Shown: in pieces, positions 32,441 to 43,895 of the stretch
How positions within the stretch are numbered: position 1 is the first letter of the stretch
Layout: the number at the start of each line of letters is the position of its first letter
DNA from: Chrysemys picta bellii
Lineage: Eukaryota
Direction: 5' to 3'
Assembly (NCBI RefSeq): GCF_011386835.1
Contig: NC_088806.1
Span: forward strand, 2,604,001-2,668,000
Length of the DNA stretch: 64,000 bases
Translations under genes and position numbers: made by a program
Notes under the pieces: generated by a model
Seen by the model: the letters and a program-made list of their open reading frames with translations, nothing else
Database searches by the model: none
Told to the model about the DNA's origin: nothing

Positions 32441-33925
32441 CTGGCTGCATTTGCCCTCCCTTTGCATCTCTCGCTTGGGCTCAAAACTGCCCCCCCAAAG
32501 ACACCTTGTGCCCCCTTCCCAGCCCCCCACCTGCCCCTCCCCCCCATACCAGGGGGCCCTATTCTCCCTGTGTCCCCCCCGTCAATCCCTATGTCAGGGG
32601 CCCCCCATTCCCCCACATGCCAGGGGCTGTGCCCCCCCATTCCCCTTCCCTAGTCTTATTTTGCATCTTTCTGTCTTAGGGTACGTCTTTACTACCCGCC
32701 GTATCGGCGGGTAGCAATCGATTTATCCATTGCTCTGGGGTGGGGCCAGAGATGAGGGGTTTGGGGAGGGCTCAGGGCTGGGGCAGGGGATTGGGGCACC
32801 CCCCCGCCGCCAGCTCCCATTGGCCTTGCAGTAAATGGGTCACGACCCACGGTTTGAAAACCACTGGTCTAGATAATACTTAGCCCTGCCATGAGCGCAG
32901 GGGACTGGACTAGATGACCTCTCGAGGTCCCTTCCCATCCTACGATTCTCCAAAGGGAAATTGTTCTGATCAACAGCTTACTTCACATGTCAAACCACTT
33001 AACCACGTTGCCTTCAGTTTTTTGCATCTTGAATAAGGGGTACTCCATACATGGAAGCGACTGGCGCAAAGTGGCTGAAGATAGGTCGGAACGAAGCCTC
33101 TCAATCCAGAGTCTCCACAGAGATTCAGGAGTAGCTCCGGCGCTTAAAGGCTTAGCTGACGGACTTTCATTTCTGCTTATTAACCCTCCCCCGGGCTCCC
33201 TTCCACAGGACCCGATTCTGCTTCCCATTAACTGGCTGGTCTGTGCAAGAGCAGATAATCCACTTTCAGAGCGGATTTAAATGGCCCTTAATCCAAATTA
33301 ACTTCCCAGTGTAGACAAACCCCTTAAGAGGATCAGAAATTTATTTTTCCCTCCCCCCCCCCCCCCTTCAGAGACGATTAAGAGTAAATCTGCAAAAAAT
33401 TGACACCTCCCAGCATGCTGAACGCTTTAATCTTGCAACCAGGGCTTTAACATCTTCGCCCCCAGCAGAGCCAAGACATTCCAGGGTGAACCCACCTCCA
33501 TCACCCTCAAGATTGCATGCCCCCCTCGCTGTCCCCCAGCAGCAACTCACCCCACAATCAGCAGCCCCAAAAGCAGGCAGAAGGCATCTAGTGGAGGTGG
33601 CTGGAATAGGAGGACATTACTCCTTTAGCTAAGTGACCCCACCACACACACACTCACTCCAGGGAAAGGTGAAGCAACAGCAGCGGGGGGGGGGGGGGGG
33701 GGGCGAAGGGATGGGGGCTAGTCTAGGGTCACCCCCTCCCCCACCACCGGAGCGAGTGTAGCCAGGGTCAAAGTCTATCGAATCGCAGCAGGAAATCAGG
33801 GACCTCCAAACACCATCTCCTCCCTTCCCCACTCCAGCCCGGGAGGAGGGGTGGGCGATCTCCCCCACCCCCGCCAGGCGTTACACCTGTACACCTGCCT
33901 GGTCTCTGATCTCCCCCCCCCTTAC

Positions 33926-34420
33926 CTGGCAGAACATCACATCAGCCTCCGCTGGTCCCCCGAGAAAGCCAGGGCAAAAAATCCCCCCCCCCGCTACCTC
34001 CCCTTCAGAAATCCCCCTTTGGGCGTTATACCCAAATACCAGCCTGCTCCCCCCCCCCGGCCTTCCCGGGGGCTGGCGATCCAGAACCCCCTTAAGAAGG
34101 GGGGAGGGGAGGCGAGGATCAATGAACCCCACAAATCCGACTCCCCCCCCCGCCGGGCGTTACAGCCGGGCCGCCCGCTCACGTGGACGGCCGCGCCACC
34201 GTGTTGCAAGGTTCCAGGCGGGGCGGGAAGGGGCGGGGCGCACCGGCTGGGCGGAGGAGCCGAGACTAAAGCCGGTGGGAGCAGGCCACGCCCCCTTCGC
34301 CCCGCCTCCCGCTCTCGCCCCGCCGGAGCCGGCGCAGGCGCAGCTGGGCGGTACCGGAGCATCCGCTGACCTGGGCTTAATTTGTGGCCACGCCTCGTGG
34401 CCACGCCTCCTTTCCCTGCC
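33926..34420 (-). promoter_or_regulatory. CpG island / GC-box promoter with a candidate non-coding first exon of copy C
   Basis: High CpG, several GGGCGG and GCCACGCC boxes, and a consensus donor CCAG|GTAAG at 33926/33925. The downstream coding exon has an acceptor that needs an upstream exon. Confidence 0.5.
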
Positions 34421-34479
34421 CCCCCCCCCCCCGCGCCAAGGGGCAGTTTTTTTGGGGGGGCGGAGCTAGGGGACTGTCC

Positions 34480-36290
34480 TGAGCCTGCACAGAGGGGACA
34501 TTGGGGGGGTTATGGGATTGCACAGAGGAGACATTGGGTGCTATGGGGCTGCACAGAGGGGACATTGGGGCTGCACAGAGGGGACATCTGGGGGGTTATG
34601 AGGCTGCACAGAGGGGGACATTTGGGGGGTTATGAGGCTGCACAGAGGGGACATTGGGGGGCTATGGGGCTGCACAGAGGGGGACATCGGGGGGCTAGGG
34701 GGCTGCACAGAGGGGACATCGGGGGGGTTATGAGGCTGCACAGAGGGGGACATTTGGGGAGCTATGGGGCTGCACAGAGGGGACATTGGGTGCTATGGGG
34801 CTGCACAGAGGGGACATTTGGGGAGCTATGGGGCTGCACAGAGGGGGACATGGGTGGCTATGGGGCTGCACAGAGGGGACATTGGGTGCTATGGGGCTGC
34901 ACAGAGGGGGACATGGGTGGCTATGGGGCTGCATAGAGGGGACATCGGGAGGGTTATGGAGCTGCACAGAGGGGGACATTTGGGGAGCTATGGGGCTGCA
35001 CAGAGGGGGACATGGGTGGCTATGGGGCTGCACAGAGGGGGACATGGGTGGCTATGGGGCTGCATAGAGGGGACATCGGGGGGGTTATGGAGCTGCACAG
35101 AGGGGGACATTTGGGAGCTATGGGGCTGCACAGAGGGGGCATTTGGGGAGCTATGGGGCTGCACAGAGGGGGCATTTGGGGAGCTATGGGGCTGCACAGA
35201 GGGGGACATTTGGGGAGCTATGGGGCTGCACAGAGGGGGACATGGGTGGCTATGGGGCTGCACAGAGGTGACATCTGGGGGGTTATGGGGCTGCACAGAG
35301 GGGACATCGGGGGACTATGGGGCTGCACAGAGGGGACATCGGGGGGGTTATGGGATTGCACAGAGGGGACATTGGGTGCTATGGGGCTGCACAGAGGGGA
35401 CATTGGGGGGCTAGGGGGCTGCACAGAGGGGGCATTTGGGGAGCTATGGGGCTGCACAGAGGGGACATTTGGGGAGCTATGGGGCTGCACAGAGGGGGAC
35501 ATTTGGGGAGCTATGGGGCTGCACAGAGGGGGCATTTGGGGAGCTATGGGGCTGCACAGAGGGGGACATTTGGGGAGCTATGGGGCTGCACAGAGGGGGA
35601 CATGGGTGGCTATGGGGCTGCATAGAGGGGACATCGGGGGGGTTATGGAGCTGCACAGAGGGGGACATTTGGGGAGCTATGGGGCTGCACAGAGGGGGCA
35701 TTTGGGGAGCTATGGGGCTGCACAGAGGGGGCATTTGGGGAGCTATGGGGCTGCACAGAGGGGGACATTTGGGGAGCTATGGGGCTGCACAGAGGGGGAC
35801 ATGGGTGGCTATGGGGCTGCACAGAGGTGACATCTGGGGGGTTATGGGGCTGCACAGAGGGGACATCGGGGGACTATGGGGCTGCACAGAGGGGACATCG
35901 GGGGGGTTATGGGATTGCACAGAGGGGACATTGGGTGCTATGGGGCTGCACAGAGGGGACATTGGGGGGCTAGGGGGCTGCACAGAGGGGGCATTTGGGG
36001 AGCTATGGGGCTGCACAGAGGGGACATTTGGGGAGCTATGGGGCTGCACAGAGGGGGACATTTGGGGAGCTATGGGGCTGCACAGAGGGGGCATTTGGGG
36101 AGCTATGGGGCTGCACAGAGGGAGACATTTGGGGAGCTATGGGGCTGCACAGAGGGGGACATGGGTGGCTATGGGGCTGCACAGAGGTGACATCTGGGGG
36201 GTTATGAGGCTGCACAGAGGGGACATTTGGGGAGCTATGGGGCTGCACAGAGGGGGCATTTGGGGAGCTATGGGGCTGCACAGAGGAAGC
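34480..36290. repeat. 1.8-kb minisatellite of about 31-33-bp units (GAGCTATGGGGCTGCACAGAGGGGGACATTTGG) with about 559-bp higher-order duplication
   Basis: Unit is directly visible. The pattern of variant units recurs at an offset of about 559. Confidence 0.92.
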
Positions 36291-36464
36291 ATCGGGGACC
36301 TCATGATCCCCTCTAGTGGAAGTTCATCTCCCCTCCCTAGCAGCTGTTTGTCCCACCTGTTCTCAAACACCTCCAGTGTCCAGAGAGGGAGAGCGAATCA
36401 GACAGAAAATATCCTGTTGCCGCCCTATCAATCGATGGGATGCTCACGTCTTGAATGCCGTGTG

Positions 36465-37070
36465 CAGATGTGGCCGCCCCGTCTCCAAAAAGATCGATTG
36501 GGATTGGAAAAGGTTCAGAAAAGGGCAACAAAAATGATTCGGGGTCTGGAACGGCTGCCGTGTGAGGAGAGATTAATCAGACTGGGACTTTTCAGCTTGG
36601 AAAAGAGATGGCGAAGGGGGGATAGACAGAGGTTTATAAAATCATGACGGGTGTGGAGAAAGTAAATAAGGATGTGTTATTTACTCCTCATAACACAAGA
36701 ACTAGGGGTCACCCAATGAAATGAATAGGCAGCAGGTTTAAAACAAACACAAGGAAGTAGCTCATCACACAACGCACAGTCAACCTAGGGAACGCCTCAC
36801 CTGAGGATGTTGTGAAGGCCAAGATGAGAACAGGGTTCAAAAAAGAACTAGAGAAGTTCATGGAGGACATCAATGGCCATTAGCCAGGCTGGGCAGGGAT
36901 GGTGTCCCTAGCCTCTGTTTGCTAGAAGCTGGGAATGGGTGACAGGGGATGGATCACTTGATTCCCTGTTCTGTTCATTCCCTCTGGGACACCTGGCATT
37001 GGCCGGTGTCGGAAGACAGGACCCTGGGCTAGACGGACCTTTGGTCTGACCGAGTCCGGCCGTTCTTAAT
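36465..37070 (+). mobile_element. CR1 3' fragment, second subfamily
   Basis: [35 protein letters not shown]. The UTR ends GGCCGTTCTTA. Confidence 0.85.
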
Positions 37071-37095
37071 AGCTGGTCACTTCTGTGAAGTGAAA

Positions 37096-38000
37096 AGAAG
37101 AACAGGAGTACTTGTGGCACCTTAGAGACTAACAAATTTATTAGAGCATAAGCTTTCGTGGACTACAGCCCACTTCTTCGGATGCATATAGAATGGAACA
37201 TATATTGAGGAGATATATATACACACATACAGAGAGCATAAACAGGTGGGAGTTGTCTTACCAACTCTGAGAGGCCAATTAATTAAGAGAAAAAAAAAAC
37301 TTTTGAAGTGGTAATCAAGCTAGCCCAGTACAGACAGTTAAGAAGTGTGAGAATACTTACAAGGGGAGATAGATTCAATGTTTGTAATGGCTCAGCCATT
37401 CCCAGTCCTTATTCAATCCTGAGTTGATTGTGTCTAGTTTGCATATCAATTCCAGCTCAGCAGTCTCTCTTTGGAGTCTGTTTTTGAAGTTTTTCTGTTG
37501 TAAGATAGCCACCCGCAGGTCTGTCACTGAATGACCAGACAGGTTAAAGTGTTCTCCCACTGGTTTTTGAGTATTTTGATTCCTGATGTCAGATTTGTGT
37601 CCATTAATTCTTTTGCGTAGAGACTGTCCGGTTTGGCCAATGTACATGGCAGAGGGGCATTGCTGGCACATGATGGCATATATCACATTGGTAGATGTGC
37701 AGGTGAACGAGATGTGCAGGCTGTCTGTACTGGGCTAGCTTGATTACCACTTCAAAAGTTTTTTTTTTCTCTTAATTAATTGGCCTCTCAGAGTTGGTAA
37801 GACAACTCCCACCTGTTTATGCTCTCTGTATGTGTGTATATATATCTCCTCAATATATGTTCCATTCTATATGCATCCGAAGAAGTGGGCTGTAGTCCAC
37901 GAAAGCTTATGCTCTAATGAATTTGTTAGTCTCTAAGGTGCCACAAGTACTCCTGTTCTTCTTTTTGCGGATACAGACTAACACGGCTGTTACTCTGAAA
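37096..38000 (-). mobile_element. 5'-truncated Penelope-like element with GIY-YIG endonuclease C-terminus and inverted terminal repeat
   Basis: IYAIMCQQCPSAMYIGQTGQSLRKRINGHKSDIR (ORF 37375..37686). About 245-bp inverted arms. Flanking TCTGTGAAGTGAAA duplicated (37082-37095 / 38001-38014). Confidence 0.93.
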
Positions 38001-38672
38001 TCTGTGAAGTGAAAGTCAGGTGTGGTAGATGTGACGCTTTGGAGAACGATGGAATACTCCACGCCGATTGTATCGACTTTATAAATCGTCTGAGACTCTT
38101 CGTGAGCTACGGGTTGTGTTTCCTGTACTCAGAGCAGAAGGGAGAAACACCGGAGAAGTAATTAACGCAAATCCCCAAGGCACCCAACGAGTCTGGGGAC
38201 GTTTGCATAGACCGGTTTAACTGGTCCGAGAGGCCCAGGAGACAAAGAACTTGTGCCGGTAGACCAGCCAGGAGGGTGGCCACCGGCGCGTCTGACGTTG
38301 GTGATAAACCGGGGAGGGTTCAGAGAAGAGCTACTGGAACGATTCAAAGATTTGAAAATGTGGCTTTGATTGAGAGATGGGTTTAGCTTCACAGAGAGAA
38401 GGTGAAGGGCTGATTTGACCCGGTCTACAGGGGGGAACGGAGATTTGATTTAGACTCTTCCATCTAACAAAAGCCAAGGGCCGGATATTGAAGCTAGACA
38501 GGTTCAGACAGGCAATCAGGCATCCAATTTTTTTTTAACCAGAGGTCATCGTTAATTACTCTTAAAAAAATTGCACGTTCTTTCCCATCTGAATTGGTCT
38601 AGCTTCATCTTCCAGCCGTTGGATGATGTTAGACCTTCCTCTGCTAGCCTGGCCTATCCAGGGCCGTGATCA

Positions 38673-38825
38673 AGCATTGGCCTGCTAAACCCAGGGTTGT
38701 GAGTTCAATCCTTGAGGGGGCCATTTAGGGATTTGGGGCAAAAATATGTCTGGGGATTGGTCCTGCTTTGAGCAGGGGGTTGGACTAGATACCTCCTGAG
38801 GTCCCTTCCAACCCTTAAATTCTAA
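38673..38825 (+). mobile_element. Tortoise-type tRNA-derived SINE with CR1 tail, 5'-truncated
   Basis: AGCATTGGCCTGCTAAACCCAGGGTTGTGAGTTCAATCC...GGTCCCTTCCAACCC. Confidence 0.88.
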
Positions 38826-39454
38826 TTCTATCAAGTGTCTTGATGTTGTTGATCTTTTGGCCTCGAGATGAAAACCTTGTCTGTGTCTCTGGGACCTTGA
38901 AGTAAAAATATTGTCTACGTTAGATCTATAGACAGGGATCCAGTCACCCCTTGGCCGTCTCTTTGTGACACTACATGGATCAGGCTCCTGGATCGGATCG
39001 CCGTAAACCGGGTTTTCTAATCCTGGGGTATTTCTCCTGGCTCGTGTGGCCCGGGGAAATGCCAAGGTCCGGGCAGGCTGCAAAAGGGAGATCAGATGCT
39101 CCCCCAAACTGGTGGTTAACACTGAAGTTAGACTCCGCAACCAGGCACAGACTGTGCTCCTGGTCCCCGATGCTGGTTATCGAGAAGCCAAAAAAAAGAA
39201 ATCCCACAGCCCCCTTTATTGCACTCGAGTTCTCTGGCTCCCAGTCAGCACCTAGGTCCAGTGCAGTGAGAAGTTACTTAAAACCTCTTCTCATTTTACA
39301 AATATGTTCTTCTGACCCCAAAAGGGCCAGCCACGTTGGTGGATCCATCAGGTGGCTCTCCAGGCTCCTTTCCATGGGTGCGTTGTCCCACTGATGACCC
39401 TTGACGGGCCATCGGCCAGGTCAGGCGGTGCTGGGGGCAATCGGTCTGGGGGCG

Positions 39455-40048
39455 CAGGGCCGGCTTTAGCAAGAGCGGGGCCCGATTCCTGGGGGCGGGG
39501 CTTGCAGCAAGCCCTGCCCCCAGGAATCGAGCCGCGCTTCAGCCAGGGTTGCCGGGCTTGGGTCCGACCCGGAGCCGCGCCGCGGGGACCGGGCCGGGCC
39601 GGAGCCGACCAACCCGAGCCACGGGGACCAGGCCGGGCCGGAGCCGACCCGAGCCGAGCCGCGGGGACTGGGCCGTGCCGGAGCCGACCCGAGCCGCGTC
39701 GCGGGGGGCCGTGCCGGAGCCGTGCCGTGCCGCGGGGGCTGGGCTGGAGCCAACCTGGGCCAGAGCTGCTGGGGCCTGCCTGCTCGGCGGGAACGGGCCG
39801 CGCCTCCCCGGAGCCCTTCTCGTGCCCTCACCACCCCAGCTTACCTGGTGCTGCCGGCCCGCCCCTGCTTCTTTTCAGACTTCCCGCGAATCTCTGATTC
39901 GCGGGAAGCAGGGGAGGGGGCGGAGCGTTCAGGGGAGGGGAGGAGGGGGAAGTGAGCTGAGGGCGGGGTGGAGAGCTGCAGCGCGGGGCCCTCTTGGCGC
40001 GGGGCCCAATTCAGCCGAATCGGCTGAATCGGCCTAAAGCCGGCCCTG
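39455..40048. mobile_element. hAT-like MITE, 594 bp
   Basis: TIRs CAGGGCCGGCTTTAG / CTAAAGCCGGCCCTG; perfect 8-bp TSD TGGGGGCG. Confidence 0.9.
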
Positions 40049-40298
40049 TGGGGGCGGCACCCACAGCGGCACCCAGGGAGCAAGTCACCCCTTGGGCGTC
40101 TCTTGGCGACGCTACACGGATTGGGCTCCTTGGTGGGGTCACCCTAAGCCGGGTTTTTGCACGGCTCATCTCTGGCTCTCTTCCAATGGGTCACCCTCCT
40201 CCTTGAATCGTGAGGGGATCGGGCAGCCAAACCCGGAGGTCACGGGACCTCTCCGCTCTGACCCGCCATCCCCTTTTCGGTCGGTCAAGTAGGTCAGG

Positions 40299-41078
40299 CA
40301 TAGGCGCTGAGTTTTACTTCCCCCCAGGGGTGCTCTGCCCTGAGGCCCCCCCCATGCCACCCCTCCCCCGAGCCCTATTCCTCGCTCCGCCCCCAAGACC
40401 CCAACCCCCATGCCACCCCCTCCCTCGAGCTCCCTCCCTCGCTCCATCCCCTCCCTCATGCCAACCCTCACTCCGCTCCCCCCAAGGCCCCTCCCTTGCT
40501 CCGCCCCCCAAGACCCCAACCCCCATGCCACCCCCTCCCCGAACCCCTTCCCTTGCTCTGCCCCCCAAGACCCCAACCCCCATGCCACCTCATCCCCTGA
40601 GCCCCCTCCCTCGATCCACCCCCAAGACCCCAACCCTCTCTCCACCCCCTCCCCCAAAGCCGCTCCCTCACTCCGACCCCCCTCCACCAAGGCCCCTCCC
40701 TTGCTCCGTCCCCCTCCCCGCTCCATCCCCCCACACCACCCCTCCCCCGAGCCTCCTCCCTCACTCCAACCCTCGCTTCGCCCCCTCCCCCAAGGCCCCT
40801 CCCTCGCTACGTCCCCCTCCTTTGCTCCGCCTCCTCCCCCACTCCACCCCCTCCTTTTCTCCACCCCTTCCCTTGCTCAACCCCCCAACACCCCAACCCT
40901 CACTCCGCCCCCTCCCCCAAGGTCCCACTCTTGCTTCGCCTCTTCCCGCCCCCACTCCGCTCCCTCCCCCGAGACCCCAATTAGCTGATTGGGGTGCTGC
41001 CAAACAGCTGGGACACCCGCTCTTTTTTTTCCCCATGGGTGCTCCGGAGATGGAGCCCCCGGGGAGCCGGCACCAAGG
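40299..41078. mobile_element. Probable MITE with a C-rich low-complexity interior
   Basis: CATAGGCGC start and degenerate CCATGGGTGCTCC...GAGCCGGCACC end. No clear TSD. Confidence 0.4.
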
Positions 41079-41167
41079 GTCGCAGTGACCAATCACCTGC
41101 CACGAGGCCCTGTTGAAGAAGAAACGCGCTTCCCTGCCCCCCATGGGCCATTACGCCCGCGTCTTTG

Positions 41168-41690
41168 TGTGACGAAGTGGGAAGTTTCTTAATGTTTTCC
41201 CTGAATACTGTGTGGGTGCCTCAGTTTCCCCTATGCAGTTCTTAAGTATCTAGGTGGTGGGATAAGGGGGGATGATTGTTGCAGAGCCCTAGAGGGCCAG
41301 TGCGATGGTGTCTGCACAGAGAATGGCCGACACCCTGTCTCCTGGCCACTGATGGCCTGGGCCCCTCCCCGGCAAGGTGCCAACTGAAGGTGTTGGTGAA
41401 CAAAGAGATCAGGTGGCCTCCTGGCCCAGGAAAGAGACAAAGGCCAGAGGAGGGGCTGGAGAGTTTCACTTTGCAGCTGGCTGGGGAAATGGAGGGAGCC
41501 CCAGGGCTGGGGTCTAAGCTCCCTGCCCCCCAAGATGGATCTGACTGAGGGGGTCCTGTTGTCTGTACCTACAAGCCCTGTGTTGGACTGTGTTCCTGTC
41601 GTCTAATAAACCTTCTGTGTTACTGGCTGGCTGAGATTCGCGGTGAATCGCAGGAAGTGGGGAGTGCAGGGCCCTGACTCCCCCACACGC
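41168..41690 (+). mobile_element. Gypsy LTR fragment, same family as 16774-17489
   Basis: TGTGACGAAGTGGGAAGTTTCTTAATG...AATAAACCTTCTG. Confidence 0.82.
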
Positions 41691-42178
41691 CATCCACTTT
41701 GCCTCTGGGGATGCCAGGAGCGGCGCAGCCTGGGGGAAAACCCCGGTCTGGAGGGAGAGAGACGCGGAGGGTCCTCTCCGAAGTGCTGGCCAGCGGGGAG
41801 GGGGGTCAGGCCGGACTTCCAGGGAGGCCAGTGGAGAGGCGACAGCAGGAAGCCGACTGTAGCGGACGGGCTGGCCCGGGCCCCCCTACCTGCCGCTGGG
41901 AAGGGGGCTGAAGTCCCGGGGAACGGGAGAGACGGGTGTGAAGAGCATGGGGCCCGGGACAGAAGCCAGCGGACCGGACGGAGGAATCGGACGTTTGGTT
42001 TCGATGGGCTTTGTTGCCCCTGGAAGGGGAAGGGGTGAAGGTGAAGTGGCCGGAGGGGGGAGTCGCGGGGAGGAGGCAGATCACTGCAGGGCCGGAGCAC
42101 CGAGCTGCTATGCCAGACCTCGCCATGAGGGGAGCACCTGTCATGAGCCAACCCTTGAGCTGGGCTGAAAGTTCCTTC

Positions 42179-42394
42179 NNNNNNNNNNNNNNNNNNNNNN
42201 NNNNNNNNNNNNNNNNNNNNNNNNNNNNNNNNNNNNNNNNNNNNNNNNNNNNNNNNNNNNNNNNNNNNNNNNNNNNNNNNNNNNNNNNNNNNNNNNNNNN
42301 NNNNNNNNNNNNNNNNNNNNNNNNNNNNNNNNNNNNNNNNNNNNNNNNNNNNNNNNNNNNNNNNNNNNNNNNNNNNNNNNNNNNNNNNNNNNNN
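42179..42394. other. Assembly gap (216 N)
   Basis: Run of N. Confidence 1.
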
Positions 42395-43469
42395 GAGGAT
42401 CTCTGTGTGTGTGTGTGAGAGAGGGGGGAAATGATTCACCCCTTTTAGCAAAGCATTGGGTTGCAGCTCTTCTGCCTCAGCTCCCTGCGGGACATTTTGG
42501 CAGCAGGCCTGACGCCGGGGTAGATGGGCCCATGGTTGTGATGTGAGGAGACAGGGGCTGGGGGGTAGCAGGCTGGGTTGGGGGGGCGCACTGCGGGAGA
42601 CCAGGGTTCCCGGTTGGAATCATTAATTGCAAACAGATACTGATCGCTGGCGCCGGGGGCCGGTTCGGGAACCAAACCTGCTTCATTCGGCACCGACGCG
42701 GCAGAGGCGGAGCACCCAGGCCAAGCTGGGGTCTTAGTACAGGACCGGCTGAGATGCCCGAGAGGGGCTACCCGGGTCCGGGGCTGGGGGTGCAGGGACC
42801 ACTTGGCCCTCAGCCTGCTGCTCAGAAAGTGTCTCCCGCGGAGCTTCAGCGGGTCACAGCCCCCTTCTGCAGATGGGGAAACTGAGTCACGGAGCCACCA
42901 CGTGGCTTGAATCCTGTATCGTCCTCTGGGGCACCATCCAAGGCTACTGAGTCCCCTCCCACCCCCCCACCCGCCGTCACTCCCTGGGAATGAGGGAGAA
43001 GGAACTGGGAATGAACCAGGAATGAGAGGCGAGCTGCTGCCACTAGGGGGCAGCCCTAGGCCGCAGAATGGGCTGTGGGGTGGTGTTCCGGAGAAATGGA
43101 TCCGGTGGGGGCGGGGGGTCTGGGGTGGTTCTGGTTTTTCTTGGCCATCGAGTCTGGAAGTTTCTAGCTGATCTGTTTCCTTCTGCCCCCGCCTCCCAGC
43201 CATGCAGTAATGCAGGAAATTGGGAGGAAGGGGGGGGGGGACTGGAGCATGGGAGGGCAGCATGCGTGGGCACACACGAGGAAGGAGATGGGGGGGGGGG
43301 GGCGCGCGTGCACGTGATTGTGCCCCGTGTGTTGGCTGTTTGTGTGTGGTGGGGAGGGGTGGGAGGGAGTGTTGTTTGTGGAGCGGGGGGGCGATGTGGG
43401 GTTGTTTAGCTGCGTTTTGTCCCGCTGCAAACGGTGGGTGCGTCTTGGAGCTGGGTGAGAGGTCCCCAT

Positions 43470-43895
43470 GTAACTGGCCGCTCCGCCCCAGAGGTGGCCG
43501 CATCTCAGCGCCGGGCGAGGGGTCCCTGGGTAACCAGCCGCCCCGCCCCAGAGGTGGCCGCATCTCAGCGCCGGGCGAGGGGTCCCTGGGTAACCAGCCG
43601 CCCTGCCCCAGAGGTGGCCGCATCTCAGCGCCGGGCGAGGGGTCCCTGGGTAACTGGCTGCCCCGCCCCAGAGGTGGCCGCATCTCAGCGCCGGGCGAGG
43701 GGTACCTGGGTAACCAGCCGCCCTGCCCCAGAGGTGGCCGCATCTCAGCGCCGGGCGAGGGGTCCCTGGGGAACCAGCCGCCCCGCCCCAGAGGTGGCCG
43801 CATCTCAGCGCCGGGTGAGGGGTCCCTGGGTAACCGGCCGCCCCGCCCCAGAGGTGGCTGCATCTCAGTGCTGGGCGAGGGGTCCCTGTGTAACC
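43470..43895. repeat. 60-bp tandem repeat, about 7 units
   Basis: Exact 60-nt period; CATCTCAGCGCCGGGCGAGGGGTCCCTGGGTAACCAGCCGCCCCGCCCCAGAGGTGGCCG. Confidence 0.95.

Noticed and set aside
34382-36647. Long ORFs (up to 403 aa) with repeated MGLHRG/GCTEG motifs
   Set aside because: They are translations of the about-32-bp minisatellite in all frames and run into a CR1 fragment. There is no gene structure.
38685-39140. 151-aa ORF with a vague RT-like VDNIF word
   Set aside because: No further RT motifs, it overlaps a SINE, and it is not convincing without an HMM hit.
43470-43895. CTCF motif in the 60-bp repeat (CCCAGAGGTGGC)
   Set aside because: Only the AGGTGGC half matches; the 5' half of the core is wrong.
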